The notes beneath the pieces were generated by a model that saw nothing but the letters and a program-made list of their open reading frames with translations, did not search any database and had not been told where the DNA came from. The position numbers were made by a program, and so were the translations under genes. This document shows, piece after piece, positions 10,069 to 19,197 of a stretch of DNA of 58,561 bases; the stretch's first letter is position 1; each line of letters starts with the position of its first letter. Source of the DNA: Clostridia bacterium (GTDB lineage: Bacteria; Bacillota; Clostridia; Christensenellales; DTU072); NCBI GenBank assembly GCA_017533005.1, contig JAFXIQ010000003.1, positions 1 to 58,561 of the forward strand. The letters are read 5' to 3'.

Positions 10069-10242
10069 ATGGCATATTGCATCGATAAAGAACTTTGCAT
10101 CGCATGTGGCGCATGTGCAGACAGCTGCCCAGTTGGCGCTATTTCAGCAGACGGAGACGTTTACACCATCAACGCAGACGAATGTCTAGGTTGTGGAATC
10201 TGCGCAGGAAGTTGCCCTCAAGAAGCTATTTCCGAAGAGTAA
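10069..10242 (+). CDS. fdx: 2[4Fe-4S] clostridial-type ferredoxin (57 aa; not in the ORF track)
   Basis: Manual translation MAYCIDKELCIACGACADSCPVGAISADGDVYTINADECLGCGICAGSCPQEAISEE*; two CxxCxxCxxxCP motifs; AAGGAG RBS. Confidence 0.93.
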   Translation: MAYCIDKELCIACGACADSCPVGAISADGDVYTINADECLGCGICAGSCPQEAISEE

Positions 10243-10256
10243 GAAATTCCAGAAGG

Positions 10257-10283
10257 ACGGCGTTCTTTTGAGCGCCGTTTTTT
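10257..10283 (+). terminator. Intrinsic terminator after the ferredoxin gene
   Basis: ACGGCGTTC-TTTT-GAGCGCCGT followed by a T-tract. Confidence 0.7.
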
Positions 10284-10303
10284 CTTGCAATAAAAACTGA
10301 AAA

Positions 10304-12382
10304 ATGCCCGTAATAGTTAAGGAAGCCGAACAGCTCAAGAAAAGGCTTATTGAAGAAAATCCCCATTTAACAGAAGAAGAAATCTTTTCCTTGTATATCG
10401 AGGAAGGCTTTCGTCGTGCAGAAAAGGGGCACGAATTTAGACTTGACGTTTCAAGGTATTTTCAATACTATAACAACGATAGAAGGCGCGCTTTGAACAA
10501 GAAAAAGCAAGCCCATGAACGCATTTTACCGTGCGAAGTGCACGTTGTAACCCAGCTTTTCACGCCCGAATACATCACAAGATACATTGTTGACAACTCT
10601 CTCGGCAGGCTTTTATACGAAGGTGGTATAGATTTAGGGCTAGAGTATTTAGATAGAAACAGCGAACTCAAATTTCATACGAGAGAAATTAACCTAGAAG
10701 AGCTACGCATTTTAGACCCGGCGGTAGGCACGGGTAACTTGTTGTTATACGCTTGCGAAATCCTTATCAGAGCATATAGGGAAAGGGGTTACGCAGAAGA
10801 CAAGATTTGCAGGTATATCGAACGTAACTTTATCGGCATAGACATTGACGCGCGAGCAGTAGAAATATGTAAACGCGTATTCAAAAAAGAATTCAATGTA
10901 GTGCCGTGTATCTACACGATTAAAAGACCTCCCGCAAGAGTGGTTGAGATATTGCAGAAAAAGGGCTTTACTAACCTTACTCGTGCGCTATGTAATTGCA
11001 CAGCTTTAGGTTCGGTCGTAGATTTCACTAAGGAAGAAATCAATGAAATAATGTCAATCGTGCCCACTTTGCGCGCATTGTGCCATAAATTTGATGTAAT
11101 TTTAATCAATCCACCATATTTATCTAGCTCTGATTTCAATCAAGTCCTTAAAAAATACGTTAGCGAATACTACAAGGAATACGGGGCTGACTTATTCTCG
11201 GTATTCGTTGCGAAATATCTCGGCAGAATGAATCCGCACGCCTATATGGGTATCGTTTGCCCGTATAATTGGATGTTCACTAAGCGCTTTGTCGGCATAA
11301 GAAAGGCGATAATAGAGAACCATAATATATCAACGCTTGCACAGCTTTCGTTATCGGGATATCGCGAAGCCACCGTCTATCTATCAGCATACGTAATTAA
11401 AGGAAGCCGTGATAAATCGCTCGCTAGCATCATAAAATTAAGTGAAGAAAAGGACCAAGAAGAAGGCCTTAAAAAGGCAGTTGCAAGCTATACTAAGGGT
11501 ATAAATTTCAAGCGTATGCAGGAGAGCTTTTTGCTTGCTCCTGGTTGCGCTTTCATATACGGCGATGGCGAAAACTTCCTAAAGAATTATGCAAAAGGAA
11601 GGCTAGAAGACGTTATGGAAATTAGGCAAGGGCTAGCAACAGGTAGCAACGCCTACTTCCTAAAGGACATAAAAACCGTAGATATAAATGACGTAGACTT
11701 TGCATCTACTAGCTACTCGGAGTACGAAAATGCTAACAAAAAATACGCCTTATACAGTAAAGGTGGCGAGTTTAGGAAGTGGTATGGCAACGTCGACTAT
11801 GTAATCAAGTTTGACAAAGCTTCTCGCGAAAAGCTTAAGACCGTGGGCAATAAAATGCCTTCTCGTGATTTTTACTTCAGACCGGCGATAACGTGGACTT
11901 TAGTATCTTCAAAAGGCATTTTTGGAGCACGAAAGTGCGAACATTCGGTTTTTGACGTAGGTGGCTCTTGTGGTTTCCCACACGACCCGACGGACCTTGA
12001 GTTCATACTAGGATATCTATGTAGCAAAGTAGCTACAACCTATCTTAACGCGCAAAATCCTACCATAAATTGTCAAGTCGGCGACCTTAAGAATTTACCT
12101 TTTGTAAGACCTAGCCTAGAAGTTAAGGCACGTGTAACCGAGCTAGTTAAGGAGTGTATAGAAATCGCTAAAAAAGATTGGCTTGCGTCCGACGCATCGT
12201 ACTTAAAGAAGGAAGAAAGACCGGTTATAACTAAGGAAGAAGCCAAACTGAATTTTGCTAAAATGAAGAAAAACGAAGAAGAAATCAATAAGATTTTTAT
12301 CGAGCTTTACGGGCTTGAAGACGCACTAACGCCGGAAGTCGAAGATAGGCTTATTACGCTTAAGGTGCAAGGGGATTGTTGA
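10304..12382 (+). CDS. N6-adenine DNA methyltransferase, BREX PglX-like, stand-alone and shortened
   Basis: TQLFTPEYITRYIVDNSLGRL, ILDPAVGTGNLL (motif I), NPPY (motif IV), KGGEFRKWYGN, NEEEINKIFIELYGL. Confidence 0.8.
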   Translation: MPVIVKEAEQLKKRLIEENPHLTEEEIFSLYIEEGFRRAEKGHEFRLDVSRYFQYYNNDRRRALNKKKQAHERILPCEVHVVTQLFTPEYITRYIVDNSLGRLLYEGGIDLGLEYLDRNSELKFHTREINLEELRILDPAVGTGNLLLYACEILIRAYRERGYAEDKICRYIERNFIGIDIDARAVEICKRVFKKEFNVVPCIYTIKRPPARVVEILQKKGFTNLTRALCNCTALGSVVDFTKEEINEIMSIVPTLRALCHKFDVILINPPYLSSSDFNQVLKKYVSEYYKEYGADLFSVFVAKYLGRMNPHAYMGIVCPYNWMFTKRFVGIRKAIIENHNISTLAQLSLSGYREATVYLSAYVIKGSRDKSLASIIKLSEEKDQEEGLKKAVASYTKGINFKRMQESFLLAPGCAFIYGDGENFLKNYAKGRLEDVMEIRQGLATGSNAYFLKDIKTVDINDVDFASTSYSEYENANKKYALYSKGGEFRKWYGNVDYVIKFDKASREKLKTVGNKMPSRDFYFRPAITWTLVSSKGIFGARKCEHSVFDVGGSCGFPHDPTDLEFILGYLCSKVATTYLNAQNPTINCQVGDLKNLPFVRPSLEVKARVTELVKECIEIAKKDWLASDASYLKKEERPVITKEEAKLNFAKMKKNEEEINKIFIELYGLEDALTPEVEDRLITLKVQGDC

Positions 12383-12407
12383 CAGAATTTTCAAGAAACT
12401 ATATAAT
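12379..12407 (+). promoter_or_regulatory. sigmaA promoter
   Basis: TTGACA-17bp-TATAAT; the -35 box overlaps the methyltransferase stop codon. Confidence 0.65.
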
Positions 12408-12439
12408 TAGTATATTGATATGTTAAGGAGCAAAATAAT

Positions 12440-12955
12440 ATGGACACTAATTTTAGAATAAACAGAAGTTGGATAAAAACCGTAATACTAGGAATGTTAA
12501 CGCTTGGTATATATCCACTCGTTATGTATCATCATATTACGCAAGAAATCAACTTCGTTTGTATGAAAGACGGCAAAAAGACGATGGACTTTTTGCTTGT
12601 TACCTTTATTGTTGCGCCGATAACTGCGGGAATAGGCGCAGTCGTATGGCAACATCGCATTTGCAACAGAATGGGTGACGAGCTCAAGCGTCGTGCAATC
12701 GACTTAGAGTTTAGCGCAAAGGATTTTTGGAAAACTTGTTTCTGGGGAATGTTACTAGCGGTAGCAGCTGTTATTATGACGTCTATAGAAGCTAGTGGCG
12801 CAGAACTTGGAGTGTTGTCGATAATATCCTTTGTGCTTATGATAGTTGCCAGCATTTTGGTAATCATTTTTGAGAGCAAATTCTTGAAAGCCATGAACGC
12901 CTTGAACGAGCACTACAACTCTCACGAAAAAATGGAGCCCCGCCCATACTATTAA
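12440..12955 (+). CDS. Membrane protein, DUF4234-like
   Basis: ILGMLTLGIYPLV..HHITQEIN pattern; several TM segments; AAGGAG RBS. Confidence 0.6.
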   Translation: MDTNFRINRSWIKTVILGMLTLGIYPLVMYHHITQEINFVCMKDGKKTMDFLLVTFIVAPITAGIGAVVWQHRICNRMGDELKRRAIDLEFSAKDFWKTCFWGMLLAVAAVIMTSIEASGAELGVLSIISFVLMIVASILVIIFESKFLKAMNALNEHYNSHEKMEPRPYY

Positions 12956-12977
12956 GATAAAATGTAAATTCAATAAT

Positions 12978-13004
12978 AAAAAGCACGCGAAAGCGTGCTT
13001 TTTT
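12978..13004. terminator. Bidirectional terminator
   Basis: AAAAAGCACGC-GAAA-GCGTGCTTTTT between convergent genes. Confidence 0.8.
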
Positions 13005-13010
13005 CTTGGT

Positions 13011-13754
13011 TTATTCTAGATAATAGTCACGAAGTTCGTTGAGTGTTTCTTCCGTCAATCCGAATTCTTCGTATAGGTAGGCACTCATAGAGCCATATTT
13101 CTTTTCGATAGCATTGTAAGCGCATTGTAGTAGCTTTTCGTCAACTATGAATAGGGGACGGTAACGTTTGAAGAAGTATGGGCGCAAAGGTTTTGGAATT
13201 CTTTTGCCGATAACTTCTTCGAGATATGGAACGACTTGCATACTCGACATGTAGTCGCGGAAAATATCTTCTTTGCTTACGCCGAGAATGGTTAGAATAA
13301 GCATTGCGCCGACGCCGGTTCTATCTTTACCTGCCGTGCAGTGTTGTAGGAAAGGCGTTTCGCGCTTTACCATGGCTTCAATCATCTTTTTGTAGCCTAC
13401 GTTATTAAAAGGTAGCGTTTCGTAGGTAGGATAAATGTCCTCGAGATGCACTTTTATTAGGAGTTTTTGTAGGTTGCTACCGTGCTCGATTTTGAAGAGC
13501 TTTCCATTATTCAAATTAGCAGGGTAGTTTTCGTGTTCAACACCGATTTTTTGATACACGGAAGCATCGTCGCATTCGCTCGCATCACGGAAGTCGAAAA
13601 TATGTTTAAGACCTAGTGCTTTTAGCTCGTTGATATCGTTTTCGGTTGCATCGTCAAGGCGCGCAGAGCGATAGAAACAACCACTTTTAACTTGCTTATT
13701 GCCTACTTTCAAATATCCCAAATCACGTAAGTTATGAACTTTTTCCATTCGCAA
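13011..13754 (-). CDS. Protein-tyrosine phosphatase family protein (Y_phosphatase3/IphP-like)
   Basis: HNLRDLG, YRSARL, DFRD, catalytic HCTAGKDRTG. Confidence 0.9.
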   Translation of the reverse strand: MRMEKVHNLRDLGYLKVGNKQVKSGCFYRSARLDDATENDINELKALGLKHIFDFRDASECDDASVYQKIGVEHENYPANLNNGKLFKIEHGSNLQKLLIKVHLEDIYPTYETLPFNNVGYKKMIEAMVKRETPFLQHCTAGKDRTGVGAMLILTILGVSKEDIFRDYMSSMQVVPYLEEVIGKRIPKPLRPYFFKRYRPLFIVDEKLLQCAYNAIEKKYGSMSAYLYEEFGLTEETLNELRDYYLE

Positions 13755-13860
13755 TTCTCCTATGTGCTTATTTTATCATAACAGACCTTTTTTATCAAGA
13801 AAACTATTGTCGAATAGTGGAAAACTTAAAAAAATGGTAGTTGTTATACAATAATCGGTA

Positions 13861-13889
13861 TTGACAAAGCGCGCGCGTGCTTATATAAT
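13861..13889 (+). promoter_or_regulatory. sigmaA promoter with a CG-alternating spacer
   Basis: TTGACA-AAGCGCGCGCGTGCTTA-TATAAT. Confidence 0.75.
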
Positions 13890-13935
13890 AAATGTATAAA
13901 TAAACATTTTAACGTATTTCGTAAGGAGCAACATT

Positions 13936-14445
13936 ATGGCAGAAGAAAAGAAGACGCAATCAGAAGGCAAAAAGACTTTAATACAAGCAATACTATTTAC
14001 GCTATTGAGCCTAGTCGCATTCGTTGTGCAATTTGTTATCGTACAATTTGGACCCAAGGCAATGATAGCACTAGAAGACACCGTTATTGATGCTTGGATT
14101 TTTGGTGAACAAAATCTTAACGTATTTTTAGCATTCTTGATTGGTAATATTGCTGCGAAAGCAATTTCTTATATTCTTAACAGAAAGAAGACCTTTGGCG
14201 CGACCAAGAATTTGGCATTCTCACTTACGGTATACATTGTAATGTGCGTAACGCTAATTATAGTAGAAACTTTAATCGGCGACCCACTTGCAAAAGCTCT
14301 CTTGAAGCTCATTCCCGCACTAGGCGATTGGAGTGCAACGCTTTCAATGCTACTATACTCAACGGCAGACTTCGTAATAGTCTTCTTGATGGAAAAATTC
14401 GTAATAATGAACGATAACTTGTTCAAGAAAAAAGAAAATAAATAA
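13936..14445 (+). CDS. GtrA-like 4-TM membrane protein
   Basis: Four hydrophobic segments, SYILNRKKTF motif and a terminal FLMEKFVIM. Confidence 0.6.
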   Translation: MAEEKKTQSEGKKTLIQAILFTLLSLVAFVVQFVIVQFGPKAMIALEDTVIDAWIFGEQNLNVFLAFLIGNIAAKAISYILNRKKTFGATKNLAFSLTVYIVMCVTLIIVETLIGDPLAKALLKLIPALGDWSATLSMLLYSTADFVIVFLMEKFVIMNDNLFKKKENK

Positions 14446-14456
14446 GGAGGCACCAT

Positions 14457-15524
14457 ATGTCAAAGTACCCCGAATACATTAGTGAAAAACGCCGTCCCAT
14501 TGATACTCCCGAAAGTATCGTTGAGAACGGACAGGCTCATTTCGGTACTTTCAAAGACCCGTTTAAGAACCTAAATCTTATTGATTGTGAAAAACCTTGT
14601 GGAAAAAGAATGCCTGATTTTATGAAGAAAAGCCGTCTTACCGAGTGGGAAGCTTTTGAAGTTCATCTTGATGAGGGCGCATTGATAAGTGCAATTTATA
14701 ATACCGGACCTATGGGCTTTTCTATCTTCGTATGGTTCGATAAGAGAGATAAAAAAATCTACTCTTGGCGCAATATCGTACCTGTTAAACAAGCTAAAGT
14801 CGCATCTCAACTTGTTGACGATTACTGCTATTTGAAGGTAGCTAAATCGGAATATAAAATCGAGAACGACCTTATGAACGGCAAGGCTCGTGCAAAGGGC
14901 TATAGCGTAAACAAGAAGAGTGGTAGATTCGAAATCGACATCAGTGTAGACAGACTATCCCCTTGTTCAAACGTAAGCATACCTTTCGGCCCCAACAAGC
15001 CTTTATATTCAGAAAAGGATTTCTTCAAAGCAACGGGTACCATAACGGTTAATGGTGAAGTATTTACCACCAACGAGAATTCGGTAGCAATCATAGACGA
15101 CCACAAGGGATATTATCCTTTCCGTGCTCACTACGATTGGCTAACCACTATGGGTGTGATTGATGATGAGGGCGAGAAGAAGTATTTTGCATTCAACTTG
15201 ACGCGCAATCAATCTATCAATCAAGACGATTACAACGAGAACCTGATTTGGGTAGAAGGCGAGTCTTTCCCACTTCCCCCAGTAACTTTCTCAAAGGCTT
15301 CCAAGAAGGCAAAGACGTGGTATATTAAAGATGAACACGGATGCGTAGACCTTCGTTACGAAATCGATAACGTATTCTATATGCCAATGCATTTCTTGGT
15401 AATTGACGTCTATTACGCGCTTCCTTACGGAAGAATTTACGGCACGGTAAAAGATACCAACGGCAAAGTCTACAAACTAGACGGCGTATTAGGTATCGGC
15501 GAAGATAAGACCACACGTATGTAG
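14457..15524 (+). CDS. DUF2804 family protein
   Basis: RLTEWEAF, YSEK, DDHKGYYP, YDW, FNL, ENLIW, GIGEDK pattern; AAGGAGG RBS. Confidence 0.7.
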   Translation: MSKYPEYISEKRRPIDTPESIVENGQAHFGTFKDPFKNLNLIDCEKPCGKRMPDFMKKSRLTEWEAFEVHLDEGALISAIYNTGPMGFSIFVWFDKRDKKIYSWRNIVPVKQAKVASQLVDDYCYLKVAKSEYKIENDLMNGKARAKGYSVNKKSGRFEIDISVDRLSPCSNVSIPFGPNKPLYSEKDFFKATGTITVNGEVFTTNENSVAIIDDHKGYYPFRAHYDWLTTMGVIDDEGEKKYFAFNLTRNQSINQDDYNENLIWVEGESFPLPPVTFSKASKKAKTWYIKDEHGCVDLRYEIDNVFYMPMHFLVIDVYYALPYGRIYGTVKDTNGKVYKLDGVLGIGEDKTTRM

Positions 15525-15546
15525 CACTAGCCAAAAAAACAAAAAG

Positions 15547-15574
15547 AAAACCGCAACTTATCGTTGCGGTTTTT
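15547..15574. terminator. Bidirectional terminator
   Basis: AAAACCGCAAC-TTATC-GTTGCGGTTTT. Confidence 0.8.
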
Positions 15575-15592
15575 CGTTTGTATTAAATGTTA

Positions 15593-16588
15593 TTATACGC
15601 GATTCTTTTGGAAGTTCCATAGGTCACGGCACATATCGTCTAGGTTTCTCTTTGCTGACCATTTGATTTCCTTTTTAGCTTTGTCGGGGAGCGCGTAGCA
15701 GGTTGCTATGTCACCGGGACGACGTGGAGCGATTTTGTATGGAACGGGTTTGCCACTAGCTTTTTCGAATGCTTTTACCATATCTAGAACGCTGTAGCCA
15801 ACGCCGGTTCCTAGGTTGATAGGTTCTACTCCGTAGTTATCAATATATTCTAGAGCAGCAAGGTGTCCTTCAGCAAGGTCCATTACGTGAATGTAGTCGC
15901 GAACGCCTGTTCCGTCGGGAGTGTCGTAGTCGTTACCGAATACGTTTAAGTAGGGGAGTTCGCCGTGAGCGACTTTTGCAACGTAAGGCATTAGGTTGTT
16001 GGGAATACCTTTGGGGTCTTCGCCGATTAAACCGCTTTCGTGTGCTCCTACGGGGTTGAAGTAGCGAAGAAGAACGATATGCCAGCTGTTGTCAGACGCA
16101 TAAACGTAACGCAAGATTTCTTCTATCATTAGCTTCGTTGAACCGTAAGGATTGGTCGTTGATAAAGAGCACTCTTCGTCGATGGGTAGTCTTTCGGGGG
16201 TGCCGTAAACGGTTGCCGAAGATGAGAAAACGAATTTTTTAACGTTGAACTCTTTCATAACTTCAAGAAGAGATAGCGTAGAAATTAGGTTGTTTTGATA
16301 ATATTTGATGGGCATAGCACAGCTTTCGCCAACAGCTTTAAGACCTGCGAAGTGGATAACTGCGTCAATAGCGTTTTCAGTGAAAATCTTTCTTAAAATA
16401 TCTTTATCACAAACGTCGCCTTCATAGAAAGTGATGGTTTTTCCCGTGATTTTTTCAACGTTTTTAACGCTTTCGATGTTGCTGTTTGAGAAGTTGTCAA
16501 CTGCTACTACGTCGTAGCCGGAATTCAAAAGCACTACGTTTGTATGGCTAGCGATATAGCCTGCGCCACCGGTAACAAGAATTTTCAT
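15593..16588 (-). CDS. galE: UDP-glucose 4-epimerase
   Basis: GGAGYIASH, HFAGLKAVGES, SSSATVYG, YGSTK, LRYFNPVGAH, GTGVRDYIHV. Confidence 0.97.
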   Translation of the reverse strand: MKILVTGGAGYIASHTNVVLLNSGYDVVAVDNFSNSNIESVKNVEKITGKTITFYEGDVCDKDILRKIFTENAIDAVIHFAGLKAVGESCAMPIKYYQNNLISTLSLLEVMKEFNVKKFVFSSSATVYGTPERLPIDEECSLSTTNPYGSTKLMIEEILRYVYASDNSWHIVLLRYFNPVGAHESGLIGEDPKGIPNNLMPYVAKVAHGELPYLNVFGNDYDTPDGTGVRDYIHVMDLAEGHLAALEYIDNYGVEPINLGTGVGYSVLDMVKAFEKASGKPVPYKIAPRRPGDIATCYALPDKAKKEIKWSAKRNLDDMCRDLWNFQKNRV

Positions 16589-16604
16589 AATATTACTCCT
16601 TTAG

Positions 16605-16772
16605 TTAGGTTATTTTATATATTTTTTGACGAGGTTATTCATTTCGTCAAGAGCTTTTTCCATATCTTTTACGAGCTTGATTTGCGTTCTAGCCCTGTCA
16701 AGGTTATGATGCGTGCGTTTAATCTTGAAATAAACGTCCCCGTCTAAGTAAGAATCTCATACCACACTCGAA
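16605..16772 (-). pseudogene. C-terminal remnant of an N-acetylhexosamine 1-kinase (NahK)/APH-family kinase
   Basis: Manual minus-strand translation FECGMRFL, then after a frameshift YLDGDVYFKIKRTHHNLDRARTQIKLVKDMEKALDEMNNLVKKIYKIT*. This matches the family C-terminal signature ECGMRFLTDYLxGDxYFK...HNLDRARTQ. Confidence 0.7.
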
Positions 16773-16865
16773 TCCTTTGTATAAAAGTATTCTACCACAG
16801 CTTGATGAAAAACACAATAGAAATACTCATACTGCGCCACAACAGCGAATAATATTAGGTAAAAT

Positions 16866-17108
16866 CTATTTAATTTCCTGCATAAGGCTCTTAAACTCCG
16901 CAGTATCAAAAAACTCAAAAAGCGAAATATTAAACCCATCGCACAACATTTTTATAGTTACGATACCGGGATTTTTACTCTTTTTATAGATAATGCTTTT
17001 AAGCGTGGACGGTGACACACCGGAGACTATGGCAAGTTTATGCATAGACATATTTTTTTGTTCGCAAAGCTCAAGAATTCTGTTCTTTACAAGGCTATAA
17101 GTATCCAT
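16866..17108 (-). CDS. XRE-family HTH transcriptional regulator
   Basis: RILELCEQKNMSMHKLAIVSGVSPSTL..I....NPGIVTIKMLCDGFNISLFEFF; start at ATG 17108 after GGAAGG. Confidence 0.88.
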   Translation of the reverse strand: MDTYSLVKNRILELCEQKNMSMHKLAIVSGVSPSTLKSIIYKKSKNPGIVTIKMLCDGFNISLFEFFDTAEFKSLMQEIK

Positions 17109-17203
17109 AATAAAAACCTTCCTAATGTAATTATGGTCTAAATATAGCCTATTCAATATTGACAATGTGGGCGATATATGATACTATTAGTCTATAAATA
17201 GCC
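17093..17203. promoter_or_regulatory. Promoter of the zinc-ribbon operon with three candidate XRE operators
   Basis: TTGACA(17159)-17bp-TACTAT with TG extension; G(G/T)CTA-N4-TA(G/T)CC at 17093, 17136 and 17190. Confidence 0.55.
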
Positions 17204-17219
17204 CGTAGGAGGAATTATA

Positions 17220-18101
17220 ATGGCTTTTTGCAGTAATTGTGGTAAAGAAATAGAGAGCGATGCAAAGTTTTGTGCAAATTGCGGGAGAGCAGTAGAAACC
17301 AACGTAGCGCCTGTTGTTAGCACTCCTATAACTATGTATAATGAACCCAAAGAAGAAAGTAAAAGGGTAATTATTCACGAAGGTTCTATAAGAAAATGCC
17401 CTAATTGCGGTGCCGTTTTGAGTTCATACGAGAGTATCTGTTCATCATGTGGCTTTGAACTCCGCGAAGTCAAGCAAAACGAAGATATTGCAGAATTTTT
17501 AGCAGAGCTAAAAGAGATAAAAATATACACTCAAGATCCGGAGAGAAGGAAGAGACTTATCGTTGACACAATAAGAGATTATAACGTCCACAATACGGTT
17601 GAAAGTGTAAAAGAGTTTTTGCTACAAGCCAAGAGTAACATTTTGAATGCCGATAAAGACGGCGATGGTCAAATCAATCCTGAAGAAAGAGAAATATTAG
17701 TGGCTTGGTTTAAGAAATTTGATGAAGTTTATGAAAGAGGTGTAGAGCAGAACATTTTGAAGAAAGAAACTGATATTGCTTACGCGAACAAGCTAAAAAA
17801 AGAAGTAGAAAAAATTAAAAAAGCAACTATTGGGAATGTAAACAAAAATTTTCCACAAAACAAAAAAATAACGGTAGCGACTATAATAGGAATTGTCTGT
17901 GCGATGATGGGATTGATTATGGGATTTACTAACGGAGCCATAATAGCTGGGATATTTGCCGTTGTGCAAGTGGCGTTATTTACTATTTCACTATTAACTA
18001 ATATGGGGATAATTAAGAGTAACGTTCCTAAATTAGCAATGTTATTGTGTATAGCAGGATATGTGATGGTAATACCTTATTTTAGCTTGTATAACTTATA
18101 A
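17220..18101 (+). CDS. Double zinc-ribbon membrane protein with an EF-hand-like loop
   Basis: FCSNCG..FCANCG, KCPNCG..ICSSCG, DKDGDGQINPEE, three C-terminal TM helices; AGGAGG RBS. Confidence 0.75.
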   Translation: MAFCSNCGKEIESDAKFCANCGRAVETNVAPVVSTPITMYNEPKEESKRVIIHEGSIRKCPNCGAVLSSYESICSSCGFELREVKQNEDIAEFLAELKEIKIYTQDPERRKRLIVDTIRDYNVHNTVESVKEFLLQAKSNILNADKDGDGQINPEEREILVAWFKKFDEVYERGVEQNILKKETDIAYANKLKKEVEKIKKATIGNVNKNFPQNKKITVATIIGIVCAMMGLIMGFTNGAIIAGIFAVVQVALFTISLLTNMGIIKSNVPKLAMLLCIAGYVMVIPYFSLYNL

Positions 18102-18117
18102 AGTAGGAGAAAGAGTT

Positions 18118-18492
18118 ATGGCATTTTGCACAAATTGTGGTAATAAATTGGTAGAAGGGGCAAAGTTTTGCACAAATTGTGGTAAGGCAATAAACGTTAC
18201 AGTAGCACCAAAAAGTAGCGCGACTGTAAATACTGCTGTTCAGCCCGAGCAACGAGTATCCAAATATGATGATAGTAAAGAATGGCAAGTGAAATTAGAG
18301 CTTGAAAGAATGGAGAAACTTCGCCAAGAAAAGCTAGAAGACGAGGCAAGGCATCGTCAAGAAAAGCTAGAAGACGAAGATAGAGAAGAAAAAAAGAAGG
18401 ATTTCAAGCTAGGAAGAATTGGTAAAGGAATATCTGCAATAGGTGGGGCCGTCGCGTCTGCTGCGATTTTGTTGTGGAAACTAAAGGATTAG
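18118..18492 (+). CDS. Zinc-ribbon protein with coiled coil and C-terminal hydrophobic segment
   Basis: FCTNCG..FCTNCG; RQEKLEDE occurs twice; hydrophobic tail. Confidence 0.75.
   Translation: MAFCTNCGNKLVEGAKFCTNCGKAINVTVAPKSSATVNTAVQPEQRVSKYDDSKEWQVKLELERMEKLRQEKLEDEARHRQEKLEDEDREEKKKDFKLGRIGKGISAIGGAVASAAILLWKLKD
18321..18377 (+). repeat. In-frame 33-bp-period tandem duplication
   Basis: TCG(C/T)CAAGAAAAGCTAGAAGACGA at 18321 and 18354. Confidence 0.8.
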
Positions 18493-18504
18493 TGGGGTGA
18501 AACT

Positions 18505-19179
18505 GTGAAAAGCGAAATGATACAAATAGGTTTTGGAATACCGTATTTTGACGTATGCGATTATAGATATCCTGATTATGCAGTGCCAGTTGCGGTTAGG
18601 GGCAATATATCGTTTCAAGTAAAAAACTACGACAAATTTTTATCCAAATTGGGGCTAACGGAGAGTGCGTTTCAAGCACAAATAAGAAACGTTATAAATA
18701 GTGCTACAAGGAAGTATGTAGTTAACGCACCTATTGCTTTTAGCATCCCTGCAATACAAATAGACAGGAAATTAATCGAAATTACGAATAAATCGGCAGA
18801 AGAAATAAGAGCGATAGCAAAGAATACCTATGGTATAGATGTTACGTTTAACATAACGGCAATAGAGCTGGATAAATACTCCGATGGCTATAAGACATTG
18901 AGCGTGCTGACGAGAGAACTGACGGAAGAGCAAGCTTTTGCGCAACAAGAAATTGCCTTGGACGAGTTAGAGGCAAGGAAGAGAATTGAGCTAAACGCAA
19001 TAGCAGGGAAAAACGATATTGATTTAGAAGACTACCGTGAGAATTTGCGCATTGCCAGAGATGAAAAGGAAAACAATACCAAAAAGAAGATTAAATCCCT
19101 TAAATTAACGATAGGCGTTATAGTAGGCGCAGTTTTAGCTGTTGTAATCGCACTTTTAGTCGTTTTTGTAATTAAATAA
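18505..19179 (+). CDS. SPFH/Band-7-like protein with C-terminal TM anchor (possibly shortened at the N-terminus)
   Basis: FGIPYFDV.D...YAVPVAVRGNISF, coiled coil, C-terminal TM helix. Confidence 0.55.
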   Translation: MKSEMIQIGFGIPYFDVCDYRYPDYAVPVAVRGNISFQVKNYDKFLSKLGLTESAFQAQIRNVINSATRKYVVNAPIAFSIPAIQIDRKLIEITNKSAEEIRAIAKNTYGIDVTFNITAIELDKYSDGYKTLSVLTRELTEEQAFAQQEIALDELEARKRIELNAIAGKNDIDLEDYRENLRIARDEKENNTKKKIKSLKLTIGVIVGAVLAVVIALLVVFVIK

Positions 19180-19197
19180 CAATTTATAATAATCAAT

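Noticed and set aside
10304-12955. Complete BREX or restriction-modification system
   Set aside because: No partner genes or nuclease nearby; the neighbours are a ferredoxin and a membrane protein.
16544-16989. ORF-track ORFs 16544-16747, 16757-16939 and 16777-16989
   Set aside because: Better explained by the minus-strand kinase remnant and the XRE gene.
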